Shown piece by piece: positions 34,225-45,414 of a stretch of 64,000 nucleotides of DNA. Under the pieces are notes generated by a model, which searched no databases, was not told the origin of the DNA, and worked only from the letters and a program-made list of their open reading frames with translations. The DNA lies in NCBI GenBank assembly GCA_963825865.1, contig CAWGVG010000062.1:164940-228939 (forward strand). Direction: 5' to 3'. The position numbers and the translations under genes are program-made. The DNA is from an uncultured Nitrososphaeraceae archaeon (GTDB lineage: Archaea; Thermoproteota; Nitrososphaeria; Nitrososphaerales; Nitrososphaeraceae). Position 1 is the stretch's first letter. Each line of letters begins with the position of its first letter.

Positions 34225-34782
34225 TTGGACAGCGGTAATAATAATAATAATAATGGCGACAGTAGAAGAGGTCAACAACAAGAAGGAGCTAAGACAGGAT
34301 GCAGTTTCTCTAAGGCGGGAAAGGGTTTTAGGCTAACCTCTCAAGGATATTCTATAAGACAGATAGCCGGTATATTACAGGTTGGACATACAACTGTAGG
34401 AAACGATTATCTATTTCTAAGACAGCAAGCAAGTGAAAACATTCGAGAATATATAGATAAACGATTACCAGAAGAATATGATAAAGTCCTTACAGGATTA
34501 ACAACAATCCTAAGAGAAGCATGGACTGCCGCACATAAAACAGAAGATACTAAAGAAAAGATATCTGCTTTATCACTGGCTAAGGAAGTATACAGTACGA
34601 AACTAGATTTACTTACGAATGCTGATGTAGTTTCTCACGCTGTCAAGTTTATAGAAGTACATAAGAATAGTAATAATAATATAAAAATAAATGGAAAAGT
34701 CGATAAAGCAGATTCTGAATTACTTCATGATGATAATGATGCTGTAACTACTAATAATACAACGACTAACAAAGTTTTTTGA
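34225..34782 (+). CDS. Putative terminase small subunit (HTH plus helical domain)
   Basis: HTH 'GYSIRQIAGILQVGHTTVGND'; lies between the HNH gene and TerL. Confidence 0.6.
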   Translation: MDSGNNNNNNGDSRRGQQQEGAKTGCSFSKAGKGFRLTSQGYSIRQIAGILQVGHTTVGNDYLFLRQQASENIREYIDKRLPEEYDKVLTGLTTILREAWTAAHKTEDTKEKISALSLAKEVYSTKLDLLTNADVVSHAVKFIEVHKNSNNNIKINGKVDKADSELLHDDNDAVTTNNTTTNKVF

Positions 34783-35114
34783 ATAAGAGCAGAGCATTGC
34801 TATCATCATTAATTAATTAATTGATTGATTGATTGGCAGTCACTTTCAAAGTCTTTCTTTATGTCTAAAAATAATTAGTAAGAAACGAACTAATGAACTG
34901 AAGAAAAGAAGAAGAAGAAGAAGACTTGATACAACATTTCACTCATAATTTAGTTATAATGAATATATGCTATCAATAGATAAATGAAAAACTTAATCTG
35001 ATTTGATATTGTCGATAGTTATACTACATAAGTCAGCATTAAATCATATTAAATAAAACAGCATTAACTTCGTGAAGTCAAATATACAGATGATATCATA
35101 TTAAAAAAATAGTA

Positions 35115-35711
35115 ATGAACAACACAACTACAAGAACAAGACAAAATCTAGCGTTAGTCGCTGTCTTTATGGCGGGAGCAACACTAGTAGTAGGGACATT
35201 AGCAACAACAACAAACACTATAGCAACAACAGGACAATCAGCATATGCTTACTCAAAGAAAGACAATGGAAAAGGTAATGACAATGGCAACACAGTTACG
35301 ATAGAGGAATGTAAAAACAGAGGGTCAGCAAGTGGATTTGATACCGCATTAGACCAAGAGTGTGAAAACCTGATATGTACTCATCCTGGAAACAATGCAA
35401 CTTGTGTACAAGAAGGAGCAGTAACAACAACAACAGCAACAACACCACCACCAGTAAAACTAACTTGCGATGAATGTTTTAGAAAATTCCTTAACGCTGA
35501 CCAAATAAGAATACTAACCCTGGGGACGAATGACTTCACGTTCGTATGTCAACGAATAACTTTTGGAACAGCAGATGAATTGCAACGCGCTCTAGAAAGT
35601 CCTGTCATAGGACTTTCCGAATCAGCGGCTAAGCTAATTCAGTGTTTAATAGATGCTGGAGTACAGTTTGGTACAGGCAGAGAGACTCTAACATCACTAC
35701 CCATAGGATAA
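35115..35711 (+). CDS. Secreted Cys-motif protein C, with a helical Cys-rich C-terminus
   Basis: Conserved ECENLICTHPG motif; 'LTCDECFRKFL...LIQCLIDAGVQFG'. Confidence 0.8.
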   Translation: MNNTTTRTRQNLALVAVFMAGATLVVGTLATTTNTIATTGQSAYAYSKKDNGKGNDNGNTVTIEECKNRGSASGFDTALDQECENLICTHPGNNATCVQEGAVTTTTATTPPPVKLTCDECFRKFLNADQIRILTLGTNDFTFVCQRITFGTADELQRALESPVIGLSESAAKLIQCLIDAGVQFGTGRETLTSLPIG

Positions 35712-35928
35712 CCATACAGCAACAAAAAAACAGCAACCTTCCCTATTTTTTTATTACAACTATTTTTCATTCTGCTCCGATTCTGATTGGCATGCAATAG
35801 GTATCGTATACTTTCCTAAGCTATAGACTAGCAATAGTAGAATCTAGTTATAATTGAATGCTACCAATAATAGGTAATTAAGAATATAACAAAGTTTTTT
35901 GAACAGTAGTAATATTTAGCTACTATAG

Positions 35929-37452
35929 TTGACCTTCCATGATTTGCGCAAGTGGTTAGATAATAATAATAATAATATTATTCAAGGCAGTAATAATAGA
36001 GAAAAAGGAGAAACAATAAAGTTATTACAACAGTCACAAAAGTTTTCTATTTTCAAAGGCTTACCATTTTGGATAAACGATATAGAAAAACACAAAGCAG
36101 AAGATGCTAGGGTAGGAGATTCATGTTGCTTTAATCATACACTTGGATTGCCAAAGAAAGATGGAATAGAACATAAAATCTATGACTATGAGCAAACATT
36201 AGTCAATGCATTAGATAATCATAAGTCTGTATTTGTAAAGAAGGCTAGAGGTTTAGGAATAACAGAACTGCTTATACGTTATATGGCATGGTTAGCAGTT
36301 AAAGATTCTACTTATAATAATTGTAGATTTCATATTGTAACTGGTCCAAGAATTAACCTTGCAGAAGAATTAATTGATAGGATTCATTCATTATTTATGA
36401 ATAGCAAATCAGGAGAGATTGACTGTAAGCAAGTTGGACCAATTATCTATGTCAACAATGTTACTATACAGGCATTTCCTTCTCATACTATTTCAAGTTC
36501 TAGAGGATATACTGATGTAAAGTTTATCCTGGTAGATGAGGCTGACATTCTTTCCGCCATCAATGCAGCAGGAAGAAGTCTCTGCAGTATGTGAAGGATA
36601 TAGAGCTAAAACAAATCCCTGGATTGTAATTGTATCTACACCTTACAAACCAGGTGATATATTTGAAAGTATAGATAGAGACCCTAATTCAATATTCCAT
36701 AAACTATCATTTCATTATTCTGTTGGTTTAGATAAAATATATAATTCGCAGGATATTGAGAAAGAAAAGAATCAACCATACTTTAGGAGAGAATTCTGTT
36801 TAGCATATTCTGTAGGTACTGGAAATATATTCATTGAAGAAACTTTACAACATGCTGAGGAATTAGGAAGAAAGTATAAGGATAAACCATATAATCCCTA
36901 CACACCTAAAGCATTAGGAATTGACGAGGGCTTTGGAAGTTCTAAAACTGCATTTACAGTTATAGAATTTGTTGATAATAGATATAGTCCGAGTGATATA
37001 TACAAAGCAGTTCGAGAACTCAAGCACAGAACAGATGGTAGAACATGCATATCAACTTGATGAAAGAAATATAATCTCAATAATGGCAATAACAAGGTGT
37101 TTATTGATGGAAGCAACCTGGATTTATTAGGAGTCTAAAGACTATCATTAGGAGAATATCGCACAGTATGAGATGTTTGTAGAAAAAGCAAAACAGATCC
37201 AGAGTAGACCATTGCATCTGTACATGAATATCGTTCCTATAAACTTTGGAGAGAGAGGTAAGATAATGCTAGGCTAATGTAAAGAAGTTATGTGATAATA
37301 AGAAGTTTGCAATTGACCCATCCGAACACGCAGAACTATTTACAGAGATGAGGATAGCAACTGCGGATGAAGAGTTAAGATTGGACAAATCTGAATATAC
37401 GATGGACCTGCTTGATAGTCTGAGATTGGCCTGTGAGTATATTACTTACTGA
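35929..37452 (+). CDS. Terminase large subunit, frameshifted
   Basis: Walker A-like VKKARGLGIT, Walker B FILVDEA, coupling motif IVSTP, RNase H-like ALGIDEGFG, C-terminal MDLLDSLRLA. Confidence 0.85.
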
Positions 37453-37670
37453 TTATTAACTAAAGAGAGATTAAAATCAAATGACAGTTTGATAACTCGT
37501 TAGTTAGTTAGTCAACCACTAATTTTTTCAGTATACATTGTATGCATTGGGTCAATAATATCCCTACACCTGATATAGATATTTACTACAGCATAAAATA
37601 GAATCAATAATCAGATTTTACTTTCAAATGCCTTATTTTTATCTATCTTCTAATTGAATGTTATAAGAAA

Positions 37671-38396
37671 TTGGTGAAGGTAAAGGTTACAATATTAGCA
37701 ATAGCTGTTATGCTTGTTTTATCTTCTTTAACAATGGCAGGGCCAGGACTGGTCTTTGCTAAGAGTGGTGGAGGCGGCGGCAAGCAGCGGCGGTGGTGGC
37801 GGCGGCAGTAGCGGTGGTGGCAGTAGCGGTGGAGGCGGTGATGGCGGCAGGAGCAAAGGTGGTGGCGGCGGCAGTAGCGGTGGTGGCAGTAGCGGTGGAG
37901 GCGGTGATGGCGACAGCAGCAAAGGTGGTGGCGGCGGCAGTAGCGGTGGTGGCAGTAGCGGTGGAGGCGGTGATGGCGGAGCAGCAAAGGTGGTGGCGGC
38001 GGCAGTAGCGGTGGAGGCGGTGATGGCGGAGGCGGAGGCACGAAAGGAATAGGACAACCAGGAAAAAACCTACATTATGGTATTAGCCCAATAGAAAAGA
38101 CTACAAAGAAGTTCACAAGTGACCAGCAGAGTAGGAGGGCAGAAGGGCTGAATGGACAGTTTCCACACTTCCCGCACTTTGGAGGTGGAGGACAATTTCA
38201 TGACAACTTCCATGATAACCATAGTACCAGCACAAGAACCGTAATAGTCCATGACCACAACAATAACGAACAAACGATAGTGGTAAACAGCAACTTACAA
38301 GGGACCTGCTTTGTATCTTCACAACAAGTGGTGGACATACCAAACTTAGTTACTCAACTGCTGAACCAATGCACTTCGGTAACTATAACACCTTAA
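37671..38396 (+). CDS. Gly/Ser-rich exported protein (frameshifted)
   Basis: Signal peptide 'MVKVKVTILAIAVMLVLSSLTMAGPGLVFA' followed by GGGGGSS repeats. Confidence 0.6.
37792..38035 (+). repeat. 66-bp tandem repeat (~3.5 copies) encoding a Gly-rich linker
   Basis: Units start at 37792, 37858, 37924 and 37989. Confidence 0.9.
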
Positions 38397-38676
38397 GGCT
38401 AGTAACAAGGACTAGCCAAGGGTGAAAATTAAATGCGTTAATTTGATGGAAGCTGAGCAAAGAGCTAGAATACACAATATGGAAGCAAGCCATGTTGAAG
38501 GATAGTACTAACATATCAGCGGCTTCATAAGCAGCGATAAGTATTTTCTCCTACTATTGTTGATGATGGTAATAATAATACAACAACAAAATCATCATTA
38601 AACCTAGAATCAGCAGAAGAAATAAAGAATATGATAGCAGGTATAGTGTTTAAAGTTGAATAATCAGATAGTTCTT

Positions 38677-38745
38677 GACAAATCTGAATATACTATGGAC
38701 TTGCTTGATAGTCTAAGATTGGCCTGCGAATTCATACAATATTAG
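38677..38745 (+). pseudogene. Second copy of the terminase large-subunit 3' end
   Basis: 49/53 identical to 37384-37436; encodes DKSEYTMDLLDSLRLAC. Confidence 0.85.
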
Positions 38746-39499
38746 TAGTAGCGGTGAACTATCACAATTCTAGCTCGGAAAACCATGCTAAACAAATACC
38801 AAAATCGCCGAGAAAACTCTGCCAATCAAACATAAGTGGCGCGGAAAAGCGCGCCAAATAAGCATAATTCTAACAGTCAAAACATTTGATTAGTTAAATC
38901 TAGCGGTTTAATAACTGCTAAATAAAAAAATTACAAAGGGTCTTAGTTAATTAATTAAGACCTTTGTAATGTGTGTTTGAAAAATGCCTACATGAACGGT
39001 ACATACATGGCTCAGTCCCGCTGAAGTGGTGACATTTGCAGGCAGTGCGTTTTGCTTTCTTTATCAGTGCACGTTCCTTATCTGGGTTGAAATTTCTCTT
39101 GGCAGCAATTAATGCTATGGTCCTTGTGTCAGCAATTGCAAAAGAACTTTGTATTATATCTGGCTGCAGATGGCTCATAAGGTGACATTAGGCGTTAACT
39201 CCTAATTTGATAATTTGCTGTTTGTCATCATTTACCATCTGTTCTACCAAGATATCGTTTTCCTGTTCTTCGATTAATTCTCTCCTCAGTTGGCCTGAAG
39301 TTATCGCATATTCCTGTTCTATTTCTTTTTACACAGTATCCAAAAACGCCAAGGGCGAAGACGTACGGGATTATACTATAAAGTCTGGAGAGGTTCAGAT
39401 AGAGACTAAGTTACCAGCAGGAATAGATGCAAAAAGCAATAAAGTAGTCTATAGAAAACAAGAAGAAAAAAGGTAAAGTAAGTTAGTTAGTTAGTTAGC

Positions 39500-40659
39500 C
39501 TATAGCCCTAGATTTTCTTTCAATCTGGACATTTCCTTGCTTAATTCCAGAATCTTTTCTTGCTGACTTCTATATTCGCTTACTTCTTCTTTTAGCTGAT
39601 TTAATTCGTCCTTCTTTATCTTTAGTATTTCATTTTCACGTTTCAAACGATTCTCTTCGTTTATCGTAAGGTCATCTATAGCACCAATATAGCCAATCAT
39701 CTTATCATTTCCTTCCAAAACTTGTTCTTCAGTTAGTTTAAGATAGGAATCTTCCAATCCTGAACTATGGCCCATACACCTATTGATAAGCAACAAGTCC
39801 ATACCTGCTAATCTTGCAGTAGTCTCAAAATATTTTCTGAAGCCATGACATTGCATAACTTCGGTTCTTTGCGTTTTATCTGGCGACCGTGGTCTGATGC
39901 CGGACTTGTCAAGCAATGAGTTAATGAGCCAGCTCGTAGAACCTGCGGCTAAAGGTTTGGGTTTTGCTATATTTAGGCTGTTGAATTCTTTCCGGATAAC
40001 CAGAGATTTATCATGTATTTTCTCGCCTAACCTTGCTCTGTAATCAAAGTACTGGTCTAAGGTTTTGGTGCATTCGGGATACAAAAAGTATAGTATGCTT
40101 CTTTTTCATTCTTGTAGACAGAGATTTTATATAAAGAATACCTGTCTATCTTTTGTAAATCTCCTACTTTAAGGTCAGGAATAGCACCTCTCCTTAAACC
40201 ACCAGAACACATAAGCAGAATTATACATTTACTTCTTAAATCAGCAAAGTCTAATAACTGTCGAATCTGTTCTTTTGAGTAGGGCTTATCGTCAACTGCT
40301 AACCTTTTCTTACCCTTGAATTTGGATAGTCTTCTCCAATTTAAGACGACGTTATTCATTGCGTAAAAGTGGGCTATTGCTGCTACATACAGATTAACAG
40401 AATTAGACGATAATTGCCTGTCTATCTTCAAATAAATGATATAATCTCTTATCCTGTCTTCCAGCTTATGCAATGTTAGCAGGCTGTCATAGTGATAATT
40501 ATAATAATCATCCAGGTTGCTGCAGTATTCCATGAACAAAGCTAAACCATATCTATAGCTCTTCTTTGTGGCTTCAGAATCGATAGAATTGATAAAGTTC
40601 TTGTATGCTTCTGATTCAGACTCTATTCTATTTAAAGGAGAGATACTACTAGAAGACAT
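39500..40659 (-). CDS. Tyrosine recombinase/integrase, one frameshift near 40085
   Basis: 'LMCSGGLRRGAI' (R), 'HGFRKYF' (HxxR), 'MGH...EDSYLK' (H, Y). Confidence 0.9.
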
Positions 40660-41061
40660 TTTTTATCTATCTAATTGGAAAACATAAGCCTTAGTATTAA
40701 GCATGGTATACTCAACACATAATGCAATTTAAATTAGGCAATTTATACCATAGTAAATCCTCACCATTATCTCTACCGATAAAGAAGAGTAAGTTGCTAG
40801 TCTAACAAACATACCTTGATTCTTTCAATATCCATATTGGATTATGCTCCTCCTACAAAGCTTTAACGATATTCACATTAGATTTGAGAACATAGATGTT
40901 ACTTGCATCTAGGCAACTGCTGCAAGTGTTGAACGTGGTTATTATTTTCGCTTTCACCATAGTTTTCTCATTTGCGAATTCTATATTCAGATTTTATTTC
41001 CTAAAATCTTATAATTTTAACTCTAATAATTGTAAAGTATGATTGGTTGCTATATCTCTAG

Positions 41062-41730
41062 ATGGTTATGTCAAACAGGGACGGAATATACAATATGAAA
41101 TGGAAAACAATACTGGTTGGGATAGCAGCAATAGCAAGCATAATGACCATTAGTACACATGGTAGTGCTCTTGCAGATCCGAAACACTGTGATAGATCAG
41201 GATGGCCTTCATGTTATAGTGTAGGTTTTGATGGTGGAAAGGCCAATCCTGGAACTTCATGTCCTAGTGGTCATAGCTCAAACTATTGTCGTGGGTGGGA
41301 ACATGGTAGTGGAATTAGTAGTAGCCCTGACAGTAGCTTGGTTCCTGATCGTGAAAGTAAATCTACTACTTCTGATGGCAGTAGCGGTGGCAAAGGAACA
41401 TTCAAAGTCACCGTTGAAATATTCGTATCTCCAAGGTTATCGTTCGATCAAAGGCCTCCAGCCTTTTCGGTAACACTAGATGGTCAACAACAAGGAACAG
41501 AAGTTCACATAACCGAAAATGACGAAAGGCCTATGAGTCAACAACTATCAGATCCTGTGACATCCGCAAGCACCGAATTCGTACTTCCAAAAGGTCAAAT
41601 CCCAGACGGTCAGAGCTTTAACGTATGTATAAAGAGTACAGATAGCAAATTTTCATTTTATGACCAATGCAGAACAGGATTTAACAGCTTCAGTAAAAAG
41701 GCAGAAACTGTGACTTTTAGTATAGAATAG
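41062..41730 (+). CDS. Exported protein with a Cys-rich N-domain and a beta-rich C-domain
   Basis: Signal peptide; 'HCDRSGWPSCYSVG...CPSGHSSNYCRGW'. Confidence 0.7.
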   Translation: MVMSNRDGIYNMKWKTILVGIAAIASIMTISTHGSALADPKHCDRSGWPSCYSVGFDGGKANPGTSCPSGHSSNYCRGWEHGSGISSSPDSSLVPDRESKSTTSDGSSGGKGTFKVTVEIFVSPRLSFDQRPPAFSVTLDGQQQGTEVHITENDERPMSQQLSDPVTSASTEFVLPKGQIPDGQSFNVCIKSTDSKFSFYDQCRTGFNSFSKKAETVTFSIE

Positions 41731-42432
41731 GTTTGTTTTTCTGTTGAAATGTATTATAATATCTACGTATGATGTTTTTCATTCCAGTGTTCGATAAATC
41801 TCTGCTTGTTTTCTTCAAACTTTGTATGTGAAGATAGAATAAAATATAATGAGAACCTGTCACCAATTCTACCACATTCTCTGCAGCGATTTGTATACGA
41901 TGATGAAAAACCATACGCTTCTCCCACTATACATTTTGTAGCATTAGTAATTTCAAGCAACCAACGTAACCATCTAAAGGACATAGGAATAGGTAGTTGT
42001 TGTTGTCGCCGATTCTCTAGGCGCTTACTCCATTTAGGCGAGATATCGTTTAGAGCATAATAATGGGTCGTGGAGGTGATATTCTTTTTTTATTTTTTCA
42101 AAAGCAACTTGCTTTTGTACCATTACTATATTATATTGCTTTTCATACTATTAGAGAATTATATTGATAGATTATAGTATGGCTTTAAGTAAGTTAAAGT
42201 CATATATCATTGTAGAATATCAACTGGCTATAACATAATCAAAGTCGTATCTCATTTTCTGTTATCAAAGCTTCCTATCAAAATATTTACCTGGTTATCG
42301 TCCTGTTACCGTTTTGTACAATAAAATACTCCTTATCAGAAATCAAATGATAAAGAAATTAGCAAAAAATAAGTTTAAAAATAAATGTAATTTTGATAAC
42401 AAATGCTAATAATATTATAAGACTGTCATACA

Positions 42433-43041
42433 TCATGAGGAAAAAATAAACTTCATCTCCTCAATGACCTTTTGTCCTTCCTTTGTTCGACTTGCTTCAA
42501 TGAGCCTTTCAAAAAATTGTTTATGTCGGTTATGACCCAATTGCAAACTGAATAGCCCTTTTCTAAGCAAAAATGAATATAAAACTGCTTCATTCCATTG
42601 ATAGATTATTCCAGTTTTTATAAGAGCTTTTAATAATTCCTTTACTCTTCTAACAGACCATTCATCTTCTTCAGTACCCAAGCCAGTCATACCATCCTTG
42701 TCATTCTTTTTCATATGTCTTAGCAGGGCTGTAAGGTATGTCTGATGGTTTGTTGACAGACTTACAGTATTCTTCCCACTGCCTTGCATCTTCCAGCTTA
42801 AGGGAGTGAACAAATTGTTTTGCTTCTGCAAATGGTCTAAATTGCCTGTTCTGTGATGCAATAGTCCCATACCAAGCCAATCACCCATTCCTTGCCATTC
42901 ATTTTTGTATTTTAATCTGGGATCAGGTGGTATGTCCGCAGGCTTTTTACCAGATTTAATATATTGTGTCCATTCTGTCCCACTTTTTAATCCAAGTGTA
43001 CTGCAAAATTCCCTTGCTTCCGCAAAGGATCTGAATTTCAT
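42433..43041 (-). pseudogene. Protein with 'phage-integrase repeat' units (fragment, frameshifted)
   Basis: 'FRSFAEAREFCSTLGLKSGTEWTQYIKSGKKPADIPPDPRLKYKNEWQGMGDWLG'. Confidence 0.7.
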
Positions 43042-43927
43042 ATTTAGGCCATACTCATTTCATCATCATTAATTAAAAAAGCCTTCTGCATGACCTACAA
43101 CGCTTGCCAAACTATTTTTCTCTTGATTTTTGTAACGAGTTAAGGTATGATTGTGCTTGTTCCAAAGCTTTTGTTTCCTTGTCTGTCAAATACTGCAATG
43201 CTGTAATAAAGGATTTAGACTACATCTAATGGATAAATAATATTGCAGATTTTCTCTATAAATGGTACATAAATTTACTGAAATCAAAGCTTAAGCTATA
43301 TCTTAATATTGAAATAAATCAAATTGATGACCCCTTAAAAGTGTCCGTTCTTCAGTATCCCAAGGGTAATATCATCAACTAATTCTTTAATCCAGTCAGG
43401 ATCTTGATTATCAGAACTTATTTTTGAGATAAGTCGTCTTCTAGAACAACGAGCATGACCCTTTAATTGTATGACTTTCTAGGTAATCTTTCTTATCTGT
43501 CTCGAGGGAACCCTACCCAGCTATTGATCTAAGTAATTGTTGTTTTTCATTGTCAACTATTTTAAGTCCTTTTGATACAAGGTATTCATCTAACACCTTT
43601 TCCACTATATTTTTATAAGTTGTGTCTATACCAAGACGAGTCCTTCCCAATTACCTAGCAGACTTTAATGCAGCTCTTTTCTACAATTCGTGCTTACAAA
43701 ATCGATTACTGTGACCATTATCAAATCAGTTCTTTCCTCCGCTATTTCTGATAGTAGCATCTCGAGCTAATCAATTAGACGGGAGACCACATCCGAAAAT
43801 GTTTCTCCGAATCTACCTTTGTCTTTCAGTTTGGAATATACATCCAGTCTCAGACCTACATTTACTCTTCTGTGCATTAATGATACTCTGCGCACACTAA
43901 AAATATGTAAATATATTTCGTAATTCT

Positions 43928-44179
43928 ATGGCCAAAAAGACGAAATATCCGGATATAGATTTAACAGATGAAGACAAAGAACTCGTTCAACAGGTTGCTT
44001 TTAGATACGCAGCGAAGTTTTATGCTTTAACAGAAAAATACTCTAATCCCAAGAAATATGCAGAAAAGTTTATTTTAAAAAAATTGCGCTCTGATAAAAA
44101 TCAAATGTGGGGAAATAAAACGTATGAGTTCTGTTGTAACAAAAGAACTTTACTTTTCAGATTTAACACATGTAGTTGA
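43928..44179 (+). pseudogene. Truncated paralog of 10782-11582
   Basis: N-terminal similarity. Confidence 0.5.
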
Positions 44180-44884
44180 TATATCCTCTTTCATCTCTTT
44201 GTTCCCCTTTTTTCTAAATCAGCACAAGGTTGGTAGAAACATTGTGAGATTTTAATTCAGCTAAGATAAATCATAGCTAACTTTTAGATGACTAAACTTT
44301 GTAATTGTAGTAGTGTTTTGGTAACTCTTAAAAAGAAACAAACTGTATGAAGGATAAATACAGAAGAACAGTAAACATTTTACACGAATTTTTATGTTTT
44401 AAATGGAGCACTCAAAATTGATTGCAATATATTTTTCGTATATATTACATAATCTTTTAGACTACATAGCATTATTTATTAAAAAGATAGTAAATTATTA
44501 AGTAAATTGGAATTCAGTAAAAGAGTCTGGCATGCATATTGTAGTTTAACCGTGTCCTCTAACGTTAATAACATTTGTTTTGTGACTTCAAAATCAAAAT
44601 AAGATGTCAAAAAGAAAAAGGGAATAGGATAGAGCAGTATGTATTCTAGCCTTGTAGTCCAGACTTGCAAATTCTGCAAATGCTCGTATTAGAACCGGAA
44701 CATTACTATTGCTATTAAATGCAACAACACTCTATCCGCACTAATTCATACAGACAGAGAAATATGTACTTCGAAGATATGTATAGAGACGTTTTATTGT
44801 GACTTCAAAGAAAGAAAAAATTGGAAATATGCTCAACGCATATATTATAATTTTGCAGCGGTCTTTCAGCATATAGTAGTAGTG

Positions 44885-45414
44885 CTATGGTCCAAACACT
44901 ACTCCAGGCGTCTCTCAGACATGCTATCAACTCGTTAGCTATGGTTGGGTTAACTTTTGCATCACCCAGGGCGCCTCTGAATTCACTCTCTGATAATACG
45001 AGCCCACCTCTAAAAACTGGGCATGCACTTTCAGGTGTTCTCCCATTCAAAACTCCCGTTATCTGATCTGGCGTAAGGAATGTCTTGAAACATTGTTCAC
45101 AAGTTCTTTTTGCTCCTCCTGCTGAGGCTGTTGTTGATCCCTCTTCTGTACAAGTTGCATTGTTACCTGGGTGTGTGCATATCAGGTTTTCACATTCTTG
45201 TTCTGCTGTGTTATCAAATCCACTTACTGACCCTCTTGTTTGCATGCCTGGATGGTAACTGTGTTACCATCTTTACTATCGTCTTGTCCTCGTTTCTTTT
45301 GTGGATAAGCAAATGCTGACTGCGTTGATTGTGTTGTTGCTAATGTTACTCCTACTACTAGTGTTGCCGCTAGATGGCAGCTATTGTTAGAGTGGTTGCA
45401 GTTGTGTTGTTCAT
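44885..45414 (-). CDS. Secreted Cys-motif protein D, with a helical Cys-rich C-terminus (frameshifted)
   Basis: 'GNTVTIQAC...GFDNTAEQECENLICTHPGNNATC...TCEQCFKTFL...LIACLRDA'. Confidence 0.75.

Noticed and set aside
37661-38057. Poly-Pro and His/Arg-rich minus-strand ORFs, and a Val/Ala-rich plus-strand ORF
   Set aside because: Shadow frames of the Gly-rich 66-bp repeat; the signal peptide identifies the Gly frame as the likely gene.
38838-38856. GC-rich hairpin GGCGCG-GAAAAG-CGCGCC
   Set aside because: A single short stem with no supporting context, so no function can be assigned.
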